Shown here one piece after another: positions 59,959 through 64,000 of a DNA stretch of 64,000 bases. The notes beneath the pieces were generated by a model. The model was not told the DNA's origin. It saw only the letters and a list, made by a program, of their open reading frames with translations, and searched no databases. Position 1 is the stretch's first letter; each line of letters starts with the position of its first letter. The translations under genes were made by a program, and so were the position numbers. The stretch spans positions 288,001 through 352,000 of the forward strand of contig JBMNIW010000001.1 in NCBI GenBank assembly GCA_050951325.1, given 5' to 3'. This stretch comes from Clostridia bacterium. Its GTDB lineage: Bacteria; Bacillota; Clostridia; UBA1212; DUPL01.

Positions 59959-61293
59959 TTATTTGAATAACAGATTATTACACCGCTTGCAGCGGTCATT
60001 TTGTATGGGGTTCATCATGGAGCAGACGTTGCAGTAGATGATGCGGTCTTTAGATTTGTCATACTTCTCGTATGTACCGAATTTGGGATGAAACCGTACC
60101 CTGTCGCCAACGGACAGATAATCGTACATATCTCGCCCGCTGTCCTTTTCCACGATAGTCTTTTTCTTGCCCGCATCGGTGTTGATGATTGTGGTATATT
60201 CCGTATAGGTTCTGTAATTATCATCTTCGCCGCCCCTATGCTCGCTTTTCTCCTTGCTGTACTTATTGACGACCACACCCTCCCACATTGGTTGCTTGGT
60301 TCTTCGGAGCGCCAGCAGATTAAAGACCAGCATGACAAGAGCAATGCCCATGCCGATGATAATGGATTCTCCAAAGGGGAAATCGTCCATCAGCAGACCG
60401 GCGACAGGAAAGCCGATGAGCGGCACGAACACCAATATCCACATACATCCAATGGAGAATTTTTTGTTTTTCTGTGCGGCCGCCAGTATCTCAGGGCAGT
60501 TATACCTGTCGGAAAAGCCGACCAGCCCCGCGCCGCTCTGTGGGGGCGCGGGAGTTGCTACATGGTGTGGTTCCATCGGCTCCGACGTTGCCGAATTCAC
60601 CGCCTTTCCGCAGCCAATACAAAATTCGGCTCCCTCCGGAAGCGTTGCGCCGCAGGCCGTACACTCGCCGGGGACATTTGCTTGTGTTTTTGCGCCGCAG
60701 CCCGAACAGAAATCCGCGCCCTCTGGCAGTTTATTTCCACAGTTGGGACAAAACATATCCGTATCACTCCTTTGCTCGATAATTTGAGATGCGGCGGGCT
60801 TCCTCGCCGCTGTTTTCTTCTTTTTCTCGCCTCTGGCTGTTCGTATGACAAGCAACAGCAAAAGCAGATAACCGATAGGGGCAAGAATGTGGTAAATAAT
60901 TGCTACTTCGCCCATCTCGCTAAATTCGCACAGCATGGCGGGTTCATTCACATAAGGTAAAAAGCTAAGGTAGCGGATGCGCTCGGAGCGCGTTTCGCCC
61001 TCGTCCAAGCTCGGCCATGCCTCGTCGCTGCTATATATCACATAGCCCCGGTATTCCTTGCCGTTTACCAGAAACCAATAGCCTTTTGAAACGGTGCGGG
61101 AACGGTTTTCTCCCGCATTCGTATTATCAAGTCTGCTGTCATAGCTGTCCACCGTACCCATGACGGAATCGCCCCATATCGCCAGCGCCAGCGTAGAGAG
61201 GCTCAAATACATGGCAAACAGCAAAACAGCATAGATCAGGATGCGTATAACTATTGGGATTTTATCGTTTTTTTTAGCCAATGTAAAACACAT
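59959..61293 (-). CDS. Membrane protein with double zinc ribbon; probable internal start at 60756
   Basis: Two TM pairs, FCPNCG/FCSGCG/CTACG/FCIGCG, C-terminal CNVC..CKRC; AAGGAG RBS before internal MFCPNC. Confidence 0.75.
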   Translation of the reverse strand: MCFTLAKKNDKIPIVIRILIYAVLLFAMYLSLSTLALAIWGDSVMGTVDSYDSRLDNTNAGENRSRTVSKGYWFLVNGKEYRGYVIYSSDEAWPSLDEGETRSERIRYLSFLPYVNEPAMLCEFSEMGEVAIIYHILAPIGYLLLLLLVIRTARGEKKKKTAARKPAASQIIEQRSDTDMFCPNCGNKLPEGADFCSGCGAKTQANVPGECTACGATLPEGAEFCIGCGKAVNSATSEPMEPHHVATPAPPQSGAGLVGFSDRYNCPEILAAAQKNKKFSIGCMWILVFVPLIGFPVAGLLMDDFPFGESIIIGMGIALVMLVFNLLALRRTKQPMWEGVVVNKYSKEKSEHRGGEDDNYRTYTEYTTIINTDAGKKKTIVEKDSGRDMYDYLSVGDRVRFHPKFGTYEKYDKSKDRIIYCNVCSMMNPIQNDRCKRCNNLLFK

Positions 61294-61299
61294 CTTTCG

Positions 61300-63761
61300 T
61301 TATTTTTTCTCCAGAATATATACGCTGAGATTTCTTTGACCACCCTCTGTTTCACTCAGGAATGTGTATTTGGCTCTGTGTCCCACTGATATGATTTCAA
61401 CGGTGTGAGTAACAGTCGTAGTGCCGTTTTGGTAAGTAATTTCATAGCGTGTATCACTGAATTTTTCCAGAACATGCTCAGTCAGATAAGGGTCGCTGTA
61501 ACTTTTCAGAGTCAAGCTTGGTCCGTTGTAATGTAACCATACCTCGGCAGAGGGCTTTTCCCAAGGTTCGTAGTCCTCTTTTTTATCTATTTGCATCATG
61601 CCTTCTCCCGGAATAAACAATTCAGCCCGGATCATATAAGAGGAATAATCCCCGGAAATGCTGTTAAGTATATCGTCCTTATTTCCTTTTGGCTTAGCTT
61701 TAACAAGGATAGTATATAACGGTTCGCCGGAATATTCACCCGAATAGGACCCTGAGAGGGAAAAGCTGGCTATCACATCTGGCTTCTTTTTGCTCAGCAA
61801 GTCCTCTTTATATTGATAAAGCCAGATTTTTGACGGTGATTCCAACGCCTCATAATCAGATTTTTGAAAGCGGAGTATGCATTTGCCTGTGTTATCGAAC
61901 ATCGCAAGCATATCTTCCAGTTCAACATGCATATCCTTCGGATATTCGAGTACAGCATACCAGCCGGCAAAAGCCTTTGGATTGGTGTTATCTAATGATA
62001 CTATGGTGGCATCGTACCATGGATTTGCCTCCTTAACCGGTTCCTTTGTAACGGGAGGAACGCTTGTCGGGGTGCTGCTATCGGTGTCTTCACTTGAGGC
62101 TGGTTCAGTTTCTTCGGTTTGGTTCACTTTCCGAGGTTCCAATACTACTGTCTGAGTGTTTTCGGAGAAAGACTTTAAGGTTACAGATTTCAGCTTTTTG
62201 CCGCTTTTTATATCGGCAGATGTCCGATACAGCTCCAGTGTCATCGGAAAACCTGCTTTAAGGTGCGCCAGCAGGGTGAAGGTTATTGTGCCGCCGCCGT
62301 CGCTGTTTAATTTGCCCGTCCACGATGATGGATCGGCCGTAGAGGAAAGGGGTGCTAAACGCGCGTAACAGCCCGCCCAGGTGGATTTCTCACCTTTGTC
62401 CTTATCTTCCTGAATTATAATTGAAAACTTCGTATTATAAAAATCAGCTAATTTGTTGTATTCCTTTTCTCGTTCAATTAAGCTGTCCAAATACATATTT
62501 CGGCACATTGTGCGGAATACCGAGTTTAAATATTCATAAAGATGTGATTTATGAATCGCCGAAATATTTTCTCTGTCTTTTTTCACGGGCCACGGGTATT
62601 TTGACAATTTCCCGTTTTTTTCATAGGCATCAATCCAGGATTCCCAATCTGTCCCCGCAACAGTCCAATATTCATTTGCATAACGGTCGATTTCCGCTCT
62701 CATCATGTCCAGTACCAGCTGCGGATTATCCTTGTTCTTTTTATAATAGGATTCAAAAAGCGTCCACCAATCGTTCAGAGTCCGGCTATTTTCTTTGCGT
62801 TTATAGTAAGCGTCATACATGTTTTTCGTGCTTTTGTATTTATTGGCTACCGCAAAAGTTTGAACATCGGATAAAGCAAGATCAATCATCCCGACACTTA
62901 AATATGCCAGCTTGATAGAAGGTGTTGCAAAGTTGATCGCTATGTCCAGACTGGATTTTACGGCGGTGAAAGTCGTTTCGGCAGATCGAAGAAGCCGTTG
63001 TTGTAAGCATCGCAGGCCAGCTGCGCGCAGGCGGTGCTGACGCCAAGGCCCGACATGGAATTTTGAAAGGGCTTTGGTTACCCAAGCATCATACGCCTCT
63101 CCCACGTGAAAAAAAGGTATGTGCGTTAGCGGCAGCAAAATATCTGAGCGTACCGGTGGTTTCCAAAAAAGCGGCGGCAGCATTCTCCTGCCATGAGTCG
63201 CCTTGCTGCGGCAAAGGCCTGTAATACTGCCCTGTGCCCGGGAATGCAGGTCATGTATGCGGCATAGACGTTGACTTCAGAGATGTATTCGCTGCGTTTG
63301 CCGGGATTGGTAATCTTGAATACGCCGTAGGTGGAAAGGTGATTTGTTATAATATGTACCTTATTGGCTTCTGTGTCCACCGTGTAGAAAACATCCTCCC
63401 ACTCATTCGTCTCTTGGTTTAAATACTTGCCGCAGACCGAAAGAATTTCATCTTCTTTTTTCAACCCCTTATCGCTGTATGGGATGATGATTTCAATCGC
63501 TCCATCGGGTTGACCGGAGGAGAGCTTAAAGTCGTATGCAAAAATCTCCACATCGTTATCGACAGAAGCGGGTGTTACCTTCTCAATAATCACCTCATCG
63601 CCTTGCTCCAGCTCATATCCAAAATTAATATACGGTTCACTGAGGGAAGATGATGGTTTTTCCTTACGAAATATAAAACAATAAGCAACTATGCTGATTA
63701 CCGTAATCGCTGCAAGACAGATTGCGACGGCGCGTAAAGTAGTCTTCTGGAAAATGTTCAT
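61300..63761 (-). pseudogene. Large exported/surface protein broken by clustered frameshifts at ~62975-63250
   Basis: ORFs 63126-63761 (N-terminal TM, HLSTYGV) and 61300-63183 overlap; a third frame carries QGDSWQENA..LETTG and KPFQNSMSGLG..AQLA.DAYNNG. Confidence 0.65.
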
Positions 63762-63785
63762 TTTATCCTCCTTACTGCTTCCTTC

Positions 63786-64000
63786 TTATGACATATGCCA
63801 TTCATACTCGTAGGCAGTTGTTACCAAGTTGTTTCCGCCGCTCATGCTGATAAGGATATAGACTTTATCTCCATTAGCAGAGCCGCTCGGCATTTCGCCG
63901 CCAACGGTGAGTTCTCCTCCTACATATCCTGTATTTGTATCGTTCTTATTTGTACTCACACGGGATTTTTGGGGATTTTCAACTACTTCCCATAAATCCA
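63786..64000 (-). CDS. C-terminal end of a hypothetical protein (partial)
   Basis: Open frame from the window edge ending ...TTAYEYEWHMS-stop, just before the RBS of the next gene. Confidence 0.6.
   Translation of the reverse strand, partial: DLWEVVENPQKSRVSTNKNDTNTGYVGGELTVGGEMPSGSANGDKVYILISMSGGNNLVTTAYEYEWHMS

Noticed and set aside
60001-60960. 319-aa plus-strand ORF (and 60254-60787)
   Set aside because: Antisense shadows of the GC-richer zinc-ribbon gene; no RBS or recognisable motif
61300-63761. Diversity-generating retroelement target
   Set aside because: No reverse transcriptase or template/variable repeat pair seen; the changes are indels rather than adenine substitutions

Overview
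AT-rich, Clostridia-like (Bacillota) chromosomal window, with most genes on the minus strand. Core-type content: an RsuA/RluF pseudouridine synthase, a MetRS2-type metG behind a Met T-box, and tRNA-Gly(CCC). Most of the rest is accessory. It includes TetR/MarR-controlled transporter modules, an Lsa-family ABC-F with a leader-peptide attenuator, rubredoxin/rubrerythrin genes, a PL8 lyase, a two-component/serine-hydrolase module and a higher-GC zinc-ribbon/surface-protein block at the right edge. There are many decayed or internally deleted genes: a chimeric ant(6), collapsed mcrBC, and IS21, TnpB, type III Res, GGDEF and GrpB relics. Best candidates for new biology: (1) an identical 15-bp LysR box linking a CoA-disulfide reductase/siroheme-type reductase pair to an Fe-chelate/tetrapyrrole ABC importer; (2) an intact orphan Thr T-box followed by a TnpB fragment; (3) a chimeric ANT(6) ORF; (4) a 13-bp direct repeat bracketing the two-component module; (5) a promoter-terminator-bounded ~165-nt RNA upstream of the rubredoxin operon. 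I saw no CRISPR array, rRNA, intact transposase or integrase. All family assignments come from motif recognition by eye, not database searches.
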